Position numbers and translations under genes: made by a program | Origin: Flaccisagitta enflata | Lineage: Eukaryota | Direction of reading: 5' to 3' | NCBI GenBank assembly: GCA_965153355.1 | Contig: OZ231126.1 | Location: forward strand, 10,168,001-10,232,000 | DNA length: 64,000 nucleotides | Part shown: positions 50,514-62,891 of the stretch, one piece after another | Numbering within the stretch: the stretch's first letter is position 1 | Layout: every line of letters starts with the position of its first letter | The notes under the pieces: generated by a model | Told to the model about the DNA's origin: nothing | Database searches by the model: none | What the model saw: only the letters and a program-made list of their open reading frames with translations

Positions 50514-50761
50514 GCTGCGTGTGGAACGGTCCATCAGTTGGGCAAATGGCTTCTCCGATGCTAGTGGTCGATTTTTACCGATTTGTATAAATTATATGAT
50601 CAACTCTATCATTGATAGTATCAATAACTTATTAATCGGTCAGTCCGTTTATGATATAGCTCTTTTTAGGTAACTAATGCCCCTGCCCATCGTACGCGAC
50701 TGTTGGGTGGACCTAGGCTCTAGGATTAGGTCTCTCGCCTATCCGGTGACTGAAGTTCGAT

Positions 50762-52279
50762 GAGATATTCTTGCTCTCGATTAGGGGGCAGTGGCCACGG
50801 ACTTGAGCACGTGACGTGGCCACTTTGAAAAAAGATCACTTAATATATTCAACCTAGTGGCCACTTGAAACAATAATATATGTGGCCACTTTAAGTGACA
50901 ACTTCTTTTATTTACCTACTTTAGCTCTTTTGTTGTTCATTTTTTGGGCAGCGGCCCTGAAAGGGCCGATGACCTATGCTTTCACACAACAGAAATTTCT
51001 CTTCCCCGTACCCCCCCCCCCTGGCCTTCACGCCCAAAATCAGCCTCTAGGCCCAAATGCAAGCCTCAAGGCCCAAAACCAAACCTCAAGGCCCAAATCC
51101 CAGTCTCAAGGCCCAAATCCCAGCATTGAGGCCTAAATCCCAGCCTTGAGGCCCAAATCCCAGCCCTGAGGCCCAAATCCCAGCCTCAAGGCCCAGATCC
51201 CAGCCTCAAGGCCCAAATCCTAGCCTGTAGGCCCAAATTCCAGCCTCTAGGCCCAAATTCAGGCCCCCAGGCTCAAATCCAAGTCTTGAGGCACAAATCC
51301 TAGCCTCAAGGCTCAAACCCCAACCTCGAGGCTCAAATCCCAGTCTCAAGGCTCAAATTTCAGCCACAAGGCTCAAATCCCAGTCTCAAGGCTCAAATTT
51401 CAGCCACGAGGCTCAAATCCCCGCCTCTAAGCTCAAATCCCAGCTTCAAGGCCCCAATTCCAGCCTCCAGGCTCAAATAAAAACAGCATAGGTCATCGGC
51501 TCCTTTGGGGCCGCTGCCCCTTTCACCACCTCACACCCTCATACACCCACATAGGGGCAACGGGTACCGCTGACCATCTAACGCTTTTGCGACTATTCTT
51601 TAATAGCTTGACATGTTTCATTATTATATACTTTGAAGAGCTATGATAATAATTACAAAAAAAAAGAAAAAAAAATACATGCAAATACAGTTTTTATTTT
51701 TTATAAGAATGTCATTTTTTGGCTAAAGCCTTCGAAAGAGATAGAGATAGCTACTAATAAAACAACTACAATGTTTTTAATTTTGGAGCAATTTCAAGCC
51801 TTTATGTTCTTATAAACTAGGTTCTTAGAAAAAAAAAGTGTATTGAAGTTGAACTAATTTTTGTAACTTTATCCGAAAAAAATTTTTGATTTTTTTTATT
51901 AATTATTCCCTTTCTCTTACTTTATTTGTGCCTTTTTTAATCTTTTCCTTTTTAATTTTTTCCTTGTTTTTTCTTTTCTTCCTTTTTGAGCAGCTGCCCC
52001 AAAGAGGCCAATGACCTATGATTTCACATAAGGGGAAATTTCTCTTACTTTTCGTTCTCCTTCAGTGTACTCCCCTCCCGCTTGTATCCTGGTCCTAAGG
52101 CTCAAATCCAAATCTCAAGGCTCAAATCTTTATTGTCTTTTATTGTCTTTCCCTTTCCTCATTGCCAACATTATCACAATTTTGATTAAATCCCAATCTC
52201 TCGGCTCAAATCCCAGTTTTGAGGCTCAAATCCCTGAGAGAATGAGAAAGAGAGAGAGCAAGAATGAGAGAGAGCAAGA

Positions 52280-52341
<62 letters not shown>

Positions 52342-53089
52342 AAAAGAGAGAGAGAGAGAGAGAGACAGAGAGGGAGATAAATAAAAACAAGAATAAGAAA
52401 GATAATAAAGAGAAGAGGAAAAAAAAGAACAAAAAAAAACAAAAACAAGGCCGGATACACGGCTACCCCAGTCGCGTGCGGGTGGGCAGGGGCCATAATT
52501 GAGGTCACTCCATCATTTGGGCAGGAGCAGTGAGGCCAAAAAACACAAAAACCCAAAAAAAGTAAAGTGTGACGGACGGACGGACGGACGGACGGACGGA
52601 CGGACGGACGGACGGACGGACCGACGGACGGACGGACCGACGGACCGACAGACTGACAGACGGACCGACAAAGCGGGTTGTAGAGTCACGTAGCACGCGA
52701 CTAAAAACAAAAAGAAAAGAGAGAAGAAAAAAAAAAAAACGAAGAAAAAGAAAAAAAAGAAAAAAAAAAGAAGAAGAAGAAAAAAAAAAGAAAAAGAAAA
52801 AGAAAAAGAAAAAGAAAAAGAAAAAGGAAGAGAAGAAGAAAAAGAAAAAGAAGAAAAAGAAGAAGAAAAAAAAGAAGAAGAAGAAAAAGAAGAAGAAGAA
52901 AAAGAAAAAAAAGAAAAAAAAAAACAGAGTAGAGGAAAAAAATCAAAAGAAGTGGACAATAAAAGTGCTTAAGTAACTGAACAATAACAGTGGTCACTTG
53001 AAGTGGCCACATGTATTGTCATATCAAGTGGCCACTACCCGTGCTCATGTCCGTGGCCACTGCCCCCTTATCGAGAGCAAGCATACCTG
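50762..53089. mobile_element. hAT-type non-autonomous element containing nested family-F and HINE copies
   Basis: 8-bp TSD AGTTCGAT (50754-50761 and 53090-53097). TIR cttgctctcgattagggggcagtggccacgg pairs with ccgtggccactgcccccttatcgagagcaag. Repeated gtggccac subterminal motifs. Confidence 0.8.
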
Positions 53090-53129
53090 AGTTCGATACG
53101 TCATTAAAGCAGCAGCTTCCTAACTAAAT

Positions 53130-53759
53130 AGTAGCCTGTACCCTAATGACAAAAAGCAATAAAATCAACATTCTACAAGCGGATCATGTTGTGGGACTGT
53201 CTCAGGCTTCTATTGAAATCAATAATGGCTTTGAAATTCTACTTTTAGGTGGCCGCGCCTTACCTTCCATAAACCCTACCCCTGTAGGAAATCCAAAATT
53301 TCAAAGTTCTCAAATTCCAATTCTGACTGCAGATTTGGAATCTGCAGAAAAAAGTATCAATTGAAACTGTTTTCCTTTTTTTGATATTCCAATTAGAAAT
53401 TGGTCAAAGGTGCTGTCAAATATCGCGAAACATACCTTTCTTTTTAATTTCTTTGTAAAATCATTGAACTTACCTTCTTTAAAAATATTCAGCGTTGAAT
53501 TTGAGAATGATCCCAAAGGAATTTTGAAAAAAGAAAAGCACTTTCAACAGACAGTTTTTCATGCAGATTTCAAATCTGCAATCAAAATTTTGATTTGAGC
53601 AATTTGAAATTTTTAGTTTTCTATTGACCCATGGGAAGTTCAAGATGTAAATTTTTGAAGCTGAAAATGATGGCAATAGAAGCTCAAGACAGCTCCACAA
53701 CATGAACTGCTCTTAGAATTTCGACTTTTTTGGTTTTAGTCATTTCAGTACAGGCTACT
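53130..53759. mobile_element. MITE with AGTAGCCTGTAC termini and 4-bp AAAT TSD
   Basis: aaat|agtagcctgtac...gtacaggctact|aaat. Confidence 0.7.
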
Positions 53760-53997
53760 AAATAGCCTCTTCGGAACCATCTGCTTTGCGGCAGCTTACT
53801 TAAAAGCTTGTCTTTTATCTTCTCTTTCGCGGTAGCTGATTTGCCCTTGTAGCAGCACCTTACTCACTTCACAGCTGGCACACAATCCCCTCATTAGCGG
53901 CAGCGAAATTTTTGCTTGTTCAATGTTAGATGCTCATTTGCCATAGCAGCAACTTACACACTTCAAAGCTTGTTTGACATAGCAGCAGCTTACTCAC

Positions 53998-54123
53998 TTT
54001 AAAGCTTGTTTTACGACGGGCAGCTTGAAGTAAGATTTGACGTGTTTGTCCTTTTGCGAGTTGTAAGGAGGAATGATCGTGCCCCATTTAGGGTTGGTCA
54101 CAGAATAATCATTGGCTATCGAT
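53998..54123 (-). CDS. SPMAP1: C17orf98/SPMAP1-like exon 2
   Basis: ttttcag|A...AA|gtgagt. SIANDYSVTNPKWGTIIPPYNSQKDKHVKSYFKLPVVKQAL matches the recalled motif PKL..AIPPYN.Q.D.H..SYF. Confidence 0.9.
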
Positions 54124-54359
54124 CTGAAAAAGAAGAAAATATGGGGCTATATTCATTGCGATGAGGGAACTTCAATTAATCATGATAATGAAAGGGATGG
54201 GCGCCTGTAACAATTACAACAACAAAGACGACAACAACAATAGAAATTATGATCAACAACAACAACAAATATTCGGCTTAATCACCGACCTTCAATTCAA
54301 CAACAACCACACGTCACTAACAAAAAACATGAGTAACAAAGGCAACAACCACAACAATA

Positions 54360-54360
54360 A

Positions 54361-54438
<78 letters not shown>

Positions 54439-54548
54439 CCGACCTGACAGTGACGCAATCGAATATCCAAGTTTTCTCTTTCCTCGCTGTGGCTTCATTG
54501 GTGGAAGTTCGCTGGGGCACGATACAACAACAACAACAACAACAACAA

Positions 54549-54605
<57 letters not shown>

Positions 54606-54687
54606 CTAACCTGACAGCAACGCAGTCGAGTATCCAAGTTTTCTCTTTCCTCGCCGTGACTTCATTGGTGGGAGTTCGCGGTGCACG

Positions 54688-54753
<66 letters not shown>

Positions 54754-54837
54754 CTAACCTGACAGCAACGCAGTCGAGTATCCAAGTTTTCTCTTTCCTC
54801 GCCGTGGCTTCATTGGTGGGAGTCCGCGGTGCACGAT

Positions 54838-54930
<93 letters not shown>

Positions 54931-55192
54931 CACCTGACAGCAACGCAGTCGAGTATCCAAGTTTCTCTTTCGCCGTGGTCATTGGTGGAGTTCGCGGTAC
55001 GTTACAACAATAACAATAACATAACATAACAACAACAACAAAAATAACAATAACAACAACAACAATAACAACTGACCTGACAGTGACGCACCGAATATCC
55101 AAGTTTTCTTCCTCGCTGTATTGGTGGAAGTTCGTCAGTAATGATACAACAAAACAACAACAACAAAACAACAACAAGCAATAACAACAACA

Positions 55193-55233
<41 letters not shown>

Positions 55234-55472
55234 ATAACTAAACCTGACAGCAACGCAGTCGAGTATCCAAGTTTTCTTCTGCCGTGCTTCATTGGTGGGA
55301 GTTCAGAAAATGACAACAACAACAACAATAACAACAACAACAATAAAAATAAATAACAATAACAATAACAACTAACCCACAGCAACGAAGCCGAGTATCC
55401 AGTTTTCTTTTTCTGCCGTGGCTTCATTGGTGGGAGTACGCGGTGCACGATACAACAACAACAACAACAACC

Positions 55473-55550
<78 letters not shown>

Positions 55551-55635
55551 CCAGACCTGACAGCAACGCAGTCGAGTATCCAAGTTTTCTCTTTCCTCGC
55601 CGTGGCTTCATTGGTGGGAGTTCGCGGTGCACGAT

Positions 55636-55717
<82 letters not shown>

Positions 55718-55720
55718 CTA
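54360..55720. repeat. Eight copies of the exon-1 3' portion plus donor, separated by variable (AAC)n tracts
   Basis: ~80-bp unit cctgacagcaacgcagtcgagtatccaagttttctc...gcggtgcacgatac at ~54443, 54610, 54757, 54933, 55075, 55243, 55376 and 55556. Confidence 0.93.
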
Positions 55721-55722
55721 AC

Positions 55723-55823
55723 CTGACAGCGACGCAGTCGAGTACCCATGTTTTCTCTTTCCTCGCTGTGGCTTCATTGGTGGGAGTTCGCGGTGCACGA
55801 TACAATTTGTTCATTCCTGACAT
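55723..55823 (-). CDS. SPMAP1: C17orf98/SPMAP1-like exon 1
   Basis: MSGMNKLYRAPRTPTNEATARKEKTWVLDCVAV, then AG|gttagt. Matches the recalled EK.FILD.VAV motif. The four exons total 552 nt (183 aa plus stop) with all phases consistent. Confidence 0.88.
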
Positions 55824-56425
55824 AATGCTGAAAAGGTTGCGTTTACGATTTTGATACGATTTGTTGCGCTTGCAAAGTTTCGTAGAGTAATACGTTGAGA
55901 CTTGAGAGCGTTATACTTTAAATTCGTTTTCCGTTGGGTGATGACTGAAAATTAGTCATTGACTGATGAACGGTGAATTTTAATGAGATCACGGACAGGA
56001 GTGAAAGAAACACACTCGTCTGTAAATGTAGACGAGAAGATGATTCGTATACGGATGCTCCGTTTCTCAATAGATCCGTCTTTCTAGTCGCAGTATAAAT
56101 TGTAGGTTTCCTTTTAATGACTTGGTACTGGTAGAAATTTAATCTTCTTCTTCTTGACGACAATCGTCGAATGTGGATGACGATTTTTCAGTCAAAAGAA
56201 AATTTTTTTTCCCAGGCCATTGACGACGAAACTGAAAAAAAATCTCAAACATTGTACTTTTGTAGTTATCGTCAAAGCTGTGTGACAATATTGTGTAACT
56301 ATGGGCAAATAAAAAACCGTCAAATGGGTGAACTAGCCAATTCTCAGACCGACGAACCAATGGCAAAGCCTCTCATAGAATCGGATATACATTAAGTTGA
56401 ATTGATACTATCTAGAGCATAAATA

Positions 56426-56934
56426 CAGTAGATGTCGTCTAGACTTGGAAATACGGGGGAGCTCATAACCTGAGCATCAGTATAGTGAGGGGACTGATAT
56501 TTTGCTAATATAATGTATGGACCTTAAAGGGTTGACGATGGGGTATGGCATCCCCCTACGGCTTACCCTAGGAAAAAAACTTAAAGTATAAAATTTTAGG
56601 ATCAATCACTTTTTTTGCAGAATTTCAGCTTCATCCATTTGCTTAAAGTGCAAAACCAATCTGGGATTCGAACCTGGAACCTTTGACTAAATAAACTGAT
56701 CAAGATAAACTTGAAGTCGAGTGAGTTAACCACTAGACCAATTCCAGAGGCTTATTCTATTAAGTGAATTTGATTTAGTACTTTCAAAACCATTTTCTAT
56801 TAGCAGAGCTGCCATACCCCATCGTCAACCCTATAGGACATAAGCATTATACATACACAGTTTTATTTCATTTGCACAAATGGTAATAAAGATATGAGGG
56901 CCCCCGTATTTCCAAGTATAGACGACATCTACTG
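56426..56934. mobile_element. Tc1/mariner-type MITE with inner inverted repeat and tRNA-like segment
   Basis: TA|CAGTAGATGTCGTCTA...TAGACGACATCTACTG|TA. Inner inverted repeat 56528-56550 vs 56810-56832. Confidence 0.82.
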
Positions 56935-59388
56935 TACATCAACAAAATAGGAATTAGTTGATTTATCATTAAAAGGTTTTTAAAAAAATCCATAGAATAA
57001 GCTACATACTTAATATAACCTTTTTGAGGCTCAACTACTAACTCTATATAGATTTTCTATACAATTTAAGACAAACATTTAGTAGGATGTATGATAACTT
57101 CAAATGCCGTCAAAGTGTTTTAGACTATTCCTCTGTCATTACCATGTTCTCTCTCTTGTCTCATTAGCCGTCACAATAACTCAGTGGGGTTGAAGGAAAC
57201 CAAGAAAGTGTTTGGTATTGTATCTAGGACAAGAATCAGATAAAGAAACCTCTAATCTATCTGAAAAGAAACAGTTTTACTACAATCAAAAGTTTAGAAG
57301 AAACTAGATGCAATATTTTTGCCATGTTTCAAATGAGGTGTTAAACTTATTTTGCTTTTCATTTCTAAACGCGTTGAGGTAGATGATTAAGATGAATGCA
57401 GTTTGCGGCATTGCGTCAGAAATTTAAAGTAGTTTCAGAATCTCACTGATTTTTATATAGATTTTTCATTTTTATAAGGGTGATTGCTCTAAATGCTTGT
57501 TGATATACTTAAACTCTAGATAGTAATTAAGTAGAATCTAAAACAAGGCCAACACCTATAAGTCGTTACATTAAGAATAACTAAGAATGACCTAAAATGA
57601 CTAAGTATACTCTCATATGATCTAGAATAACCAAAAGAAATAGAATAGATAAAAATGTAAAATGGGGACCAACCCACCGACCAACCGACGGACAAATCGG
57701 GGTGTAGAGTCGCGTGCACGCGACTAAAAATGGCATGTGGTAGACTCAAAATACGGCGCAACCTTCCGACAAATGCAATTATTAAATAAAGAGACGTATT
57801 CATCAATTTTTTAAATGACTCCACACGTTGTCCCAGCGAAATCATATCGAATCAGCAGATGCCTGAACAACAACAACAACAGCTTCGACAACAACGATAA
57901 CAACAACCGCTTTAGGATGTACATGAACTGGACAGATCGTCATAGAGGTTAACAAGTCTCCTTAGAAGTTAGGAGTTAGATGTGGAAGCTGACTTCCTTT
58001 CTGAAGGACCTCGATTGAAATCGATGATGATAAGAAGGAAGAAGAAGATATTTTGAATTAAAGTTGAAAATGGGCTCAAGGCAGCACTTTTTACTCTTCC
58101 TTGGAAACTCATGAATCCTCTTCATTTGGTTTTTCGCCTTCTGTCTTTTTCGTCTTTTTTCCCCTCCTCATCTTTCCTTGTTTTTTCTTTTTCCTTATTC
58201 AAAGATTTCTAACATTTACTCTTACTTTTTAGGTCACGGTGCACACGAAAGTGAAATTTCATGAGTCAACACATTTTTTTCAATATTGTTGATTTTAATA
58301 ATTTGTATTTTTTTATTTATTAAAATGAAAACATAATATTTTTGCATAGAAAATCAATCTAAGGTCCATAGCAAGTATGAAGTAAAGAGAGACATGTCAG
58401 AAAAAATCAGGTATTTTAACGAAAAATCCTTTTCGCAATCTGACATGTCTTGGGTGAAATTATAAGTTTGCATAGGGATCAGAAAATCAGCATTTTAAAA
58501 AATATGGCCCCTTTCTAGACGCATTAAAGAAGATAGCCATTTTTTTGAAAAATGCAAAGTTTTGCATCTAGAAGCAGTATTATAATTTCAACCAATAGAT
58601 TTTGGAAATTTTGTTCTCTTTTTATTAAAAAAATCCATGTTTTCTTGAACAACTTTGATCTTTAAACATTAAGCAACTGATTCTTGCTGTTTATTTTCTT
58701 TTGTAAAATACTATTAGAGTAATTATAAGTATAAAAAACAAAATTCAGGTTTTGATATTAATGAAGATAATTGTCTGAAATGGTTCATCTTGACTGAAAA
58801 ATAAAATTCGTCTTCGTTTGCACTGTGACTTAGTCGCGGACACGCGACTCTACACCTTGCCGTGTCGGTCGGTCGGTAGGTCGGTAGGTAGGTCGGTCTG
58901 TAGGTCCGTCACATTTTTGAATTCCGAGCGGTTTCGGCAATACTGCTCCTGTCCAACCGTCCGCGACTAGATTGTCGTTTATCCGGCCTTGTTTTCTAAC
59001 CTCTTCATCCTTTCTCTTTGTCTCTCCCTCTTTTTCTCCTTGCTCAAATTCCCCTTCTATTCCTTTGTCTTATTCTTCTTCTTTTTTTTCTTTTTACCTC
59101 TTTCTTCCTCTTCGCTTCTTTTCCTTACTGTTGTTGTTGTTGTTGTTGTTGTTCTTCTTCTTCTTCTTCTTCTTTTCTCCTTCTTTCTTCTCCTATCTTC
59201 TTTTGCTTCTTCTTCATCTCCCCTCTTCTTTTTCTTCTTCTTTTTAGTTGCGGACACGCAACTCTATAAGAGGCTTTGTCCGTCCGTCCGTCCGTCCGTC
59301 AGCACGAGTCAAAAAGTGGGAAAACAAGCGTTTTAGAACATTTTTAGTTGCGGACAGTTGCATTTCCGCCCCTGCCCACCCATCCGCA

Positions 59389-59389
<1 letters not shown>

Positions 59390-59419
<30 letters not shown>

Positions 59420-59545
59420 CTTCTTCTTCTTCTTCTTCTTCTTCTTCTTCTTCTTCTTCTTCTTCTTCTTCTTCTTCTTCTTCTTCTTCTTCTTCTTCTT
59501 CTTCTTCTCCTTCTCCTTCTTCTTCTTCTTCTTCTTCCTCTTCTT
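59390..59545. repeat. (TTC)n microsatellite; many other (AG)n, (GT)n and (TTTC)n tracts occur across the window
   Basis: Directly visible. Confidence 0.95.
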
Positions 59546-60109
59546 TGACTTCCTCCTATTTCTGTATTCATAGGATACGATGACTGGAAAATCATAAGAC
59601 AGATGCGAATGACGTAAGACACGCAAACCAACTTTTTAATTTCTTGTTCTTTTCATTTCAATGAAAAGGCCGGATAAACGACTTAGGAGTTGCTTGCAGT
59701 CAGATAGGAGGCTAGGAGCTGACGAACCAAAGCAAGTCAAAGATGGAAAGGTAGAAAGATTGACGACAGAAAGACGGACTGATCAAAGAACTGGCCCCTG
59801 AATACGCTTTCATTAAACGTGATCATTGAATAGGTCTCAACATCAACGCTAACTTTTGTGAGGACAGTTAGAAAAGAAGTGACCCAGTAACATAGTGGTA
59901 GTGCTAGCTAGACTCAAAGATATCCGGGTACTACATGATCTCTACAATAGCAAAACGTTGAGTGGCATGTCTATGAAATGCTACTAGGCTAGGTTATGAT
60001 CGATATTACACGTAAGATAAGCTATCTGAGTGACGCTAACTCATCATATCACATGCTCATTCTAAAGACGACGCTGACTGCATTCTCATCAAACGAAGGA
60101 GGTTCCATG

Positions 60110-60282
60110 ATGGATGCCATAAAGATGAGCAACTCGCCACCCAGATGGGTACCATGTCACCCAGATACGCACCATGCCACCTAGATAGGCACTACGCCAC
60201 CCAGATGGGCACCATGCCACCCGGATGAGCACTATGCAAACAGAAGGGAACTTTACCACCCGGATGAGCACCATGCCACCTA
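60110..60282. repeat. 20-bp minisatellite (gccacccagatgggcaccat), interrupted by a MITE
   Basis: The unit resumes at 61289 (tagatgggcaccatgc). Confidence 0.8.
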
Positions 60283-61288
60283 CAGTGCGGCGCATAAAAA
60301 ACAGGACAGTACATTTCCCTATATTTCTCGGCTCAAAATGATATAATCATATCTTTATCGGTGACCAATTTGAAGCTCTTGAAAAAACAAAGCGTTTGCC
60401 GCCAACTGCGTTTAAATCGGTCAATTCGTCTGGACGCAGTGACGCTCTAAAGAGAAGCTATAAAAAAAGGAATGGGAAAAAACTAACCATGGCAAAAAAC
60501 AAAAAGCGAACCACTTGTTTGTCAGTGTTTCACATCCATGCAATGAAAAAAACATAGCAAAATCCATGACCATTTTGAAGCTCTGCGAAAGATCTTTCAA
60601 ATGAGACCTTTCTGGATGCTCTAACTTTAACCGTTTAGAAATGGCATTAGGATGAAGACAGGTTGTCAAAAATTTGGAAATTTACTACGTGATTTTAAAG
60701 GGGTTATCTTTATCTTAACATTAAAATCAAACGCATTGGGTGAGATATTTGTTCTTGGCGCTATTTTAAAGAAAATTTGAAGCTCTTTAATTTGCCCATG
60801 GATATTGAGTATCAAAGACAAGCCTAAGCTTTAACATTGACAAAAACAGAAAGACTTAAATTGCATTTTGGAAGAATTTAAAATCAGCACTTTTTTTAAA
60901 CAGTGATTTTTTTCTTCAAACCTATGCCATTTCTAAAGGAATAAAGCTACAATGACCAGCAACGTCGCATTTGGAAGATTTTTTGCAGCGCTTTCAAACG
61001 GTCATGAATTTTTTGTGTCTCAGGCCAATAGTTAAGCAGAAACCAGCATTACAAAGTGTCCTATACTATAATTACTCATACGGTTTGGTGCCGCCTCACC
61101 GTCGACTACCTCGCCAACTTATTTGCCACGTTTCCACGCTCTATGGAGCTTGCCATCCAAGCCGAAGGCGGATCCATCAACTACAAACACATGAGCGATG
61201 TATTCATCCGTATTTGGTTTCAATAATCCATTTTTGCGCAATAATATGCTATTGATACAAACTGTCCTGTTTTTAATGCGGCGCACCG
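60283..61288. mobile_element. Tc1/mariner-type MITE (~1 kb)
   Basis: TA|cagtgcggcgcataaaaaacaggacagt ... actgtcctgtttttaatgcggcgcaccg|TA. Confidence 0.8.
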
Positions 61289-61403
61289 TAGATGGGCACC
61301 ATGCAATGCAGACGATGCGGCATCGCTAGTCTCGATTATTGATAACCCTCTGAAAACTGCCTCTGGAAACCGAGTTGGCCTTTTAATCCTAAGTCATCAC
61401 CAT

Positions 61404-61612
61404 CTAGCTCATAAATATACGGACACTTGAAAAGTAGCATCAACTTTGGAGAGGTGCTGCGCTTAAAGAAATTGAGATTAGGCCCATTTCGAAGAGTTGT
61501 TTAAAAACTTTCAAATGCAACCATTCTGGGGTCAGTAACTTAATTTACTTAGGCGCAGCACCTTTCTAAAGTTGATGCTCATTTTCAGGTGTCCGTTTAT
61601 TTATGAGCTAGG
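61404..61612. mobile_element. Foldback MITE
   Basis: ~60-bp imperfect inverted repeats, ctagctcataaat.. and ..atttatgagctag. Confidence 0.65.
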
Positions 61613-62128
61613 TAGTATACCTCTTTAACTGACAATTGGTTTCATCTGTGATAAACATATGGATTCAAATGGATTCATATGGATTCAAATGCTAAAACGT
61701 TGTTAGCTTATTCTATAATTTTCAAAAAAGAAAAAATGCGAGAATCAAAATTCAAAAAAGCAACGCCAATACGTAGTACAAGCAAGCTGAGAGCGCGTTA
61801 GAAACATTTTTAAAAATTTTAACATCGTTGCTATAAGCCCTGGATTTCGTTTCAAGAAGCCAAAATGAGTCATTAGCACGATTTGGTACCAGCTATAGTT
61901 TTTAGATAACATATATTTTAAAATAGCTTTGAATTTGAATCTCAATAAAATACCGCAGGAACGACATCATATACGGAGATCTGAGATAGAATATTACCTA
62001 ATTTACAAATGACAGCTATGGAATGAGAATTGCGAGCCGTGACATGAAACAAAAAAGAATAAAAAAAAATAAAGTTAATCAGTATTCATAAATAACAGAA
62101 GTAACTTTTGAATGTTCTTTGGAGAACG

Positions 62129-62166
<38 letters not shown>

Positions 62167-62175
62167 AATCTTGTA

Positions 62176-62597
62176 TCAAGCCATAAGCAAATAGTCTTTG
62201 AGCATTTTCGGTAAAACATCTCTGTCGATGTTTTCGATGGAGTGCCTCAACTGCAGTCGACCGCGAGTTTCGACGATCTGCTTCCTCGCCGCTCGACGAG
62301 CGAGTCGAAGCAGCGTCGGCGACGTGAAGACGCGTTCCTGCAGCGCCATCCACGCCGACTGCAGCGTGTCTCCGTCGTACTTTGCGGCGGCGGCTGCTGC
62401 AGCGGCAAGAGCCACCGCGTCTTCGTTTTCTTCTCCTGCAGCAGCGTCGACCGCCGCGTCGCCGCTGAAGATTCTGGCCGCGTCGTCTGAGAGGAAGAAG
62501 CGGCGCTCTGCGGCGGAAATGCTGACTCCGGCGTCCAAGAGGAGGAAGAGGACGGCAATGTTGCCATGACGACCGGCGAGCAGCAGAGGCGTCGATC
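62176..62597 (-). CDS. Ankyrin repeat and SOCS box protein, last exon
   Basis: ctccgtag|GA. GSTPLLLAGRHGNIAVLFLLLDAG is an ankyrin repeat. SPTLLRLARRAARKQI..LPKMLKDYLL* is a SOCS box. Confidence 0.88.
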
Positions 62598-62807
62598 CTA
62601 CGGAGGAGAAATGACGAGACCGAGAAGGGGGGGGGCGGGACGGAGAGAGAATGAAAGAGTGAGGTGCGGTGGAAAATGACGAATCTGGTATTGCTGTTGA
62701 TCGACAAATAACAAACGTGATAATAAAAAGGACGGTATCACATATGACCGACAAAAACACAAACAAACAAACATCACTTTTTTCTCACACACACGCACAC
62801 GCACACG

Positions 62808-62890
<83 letters not shown>

Positions 62891-62891
62891 C

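Noticed and set aside
54360-55810. CRISPR-like repeat/spacer appearance
   Set aside because: The spacers are only (AAC)n, the repeats are ~80 bp and derive from a host exon, there are no cas genes, and the context is eukaryotic.
57860-58080. Coding-like acidic stretch on the + strand
   Set aside because: Multiple stops and no recognisable motif; at most an old fragment.
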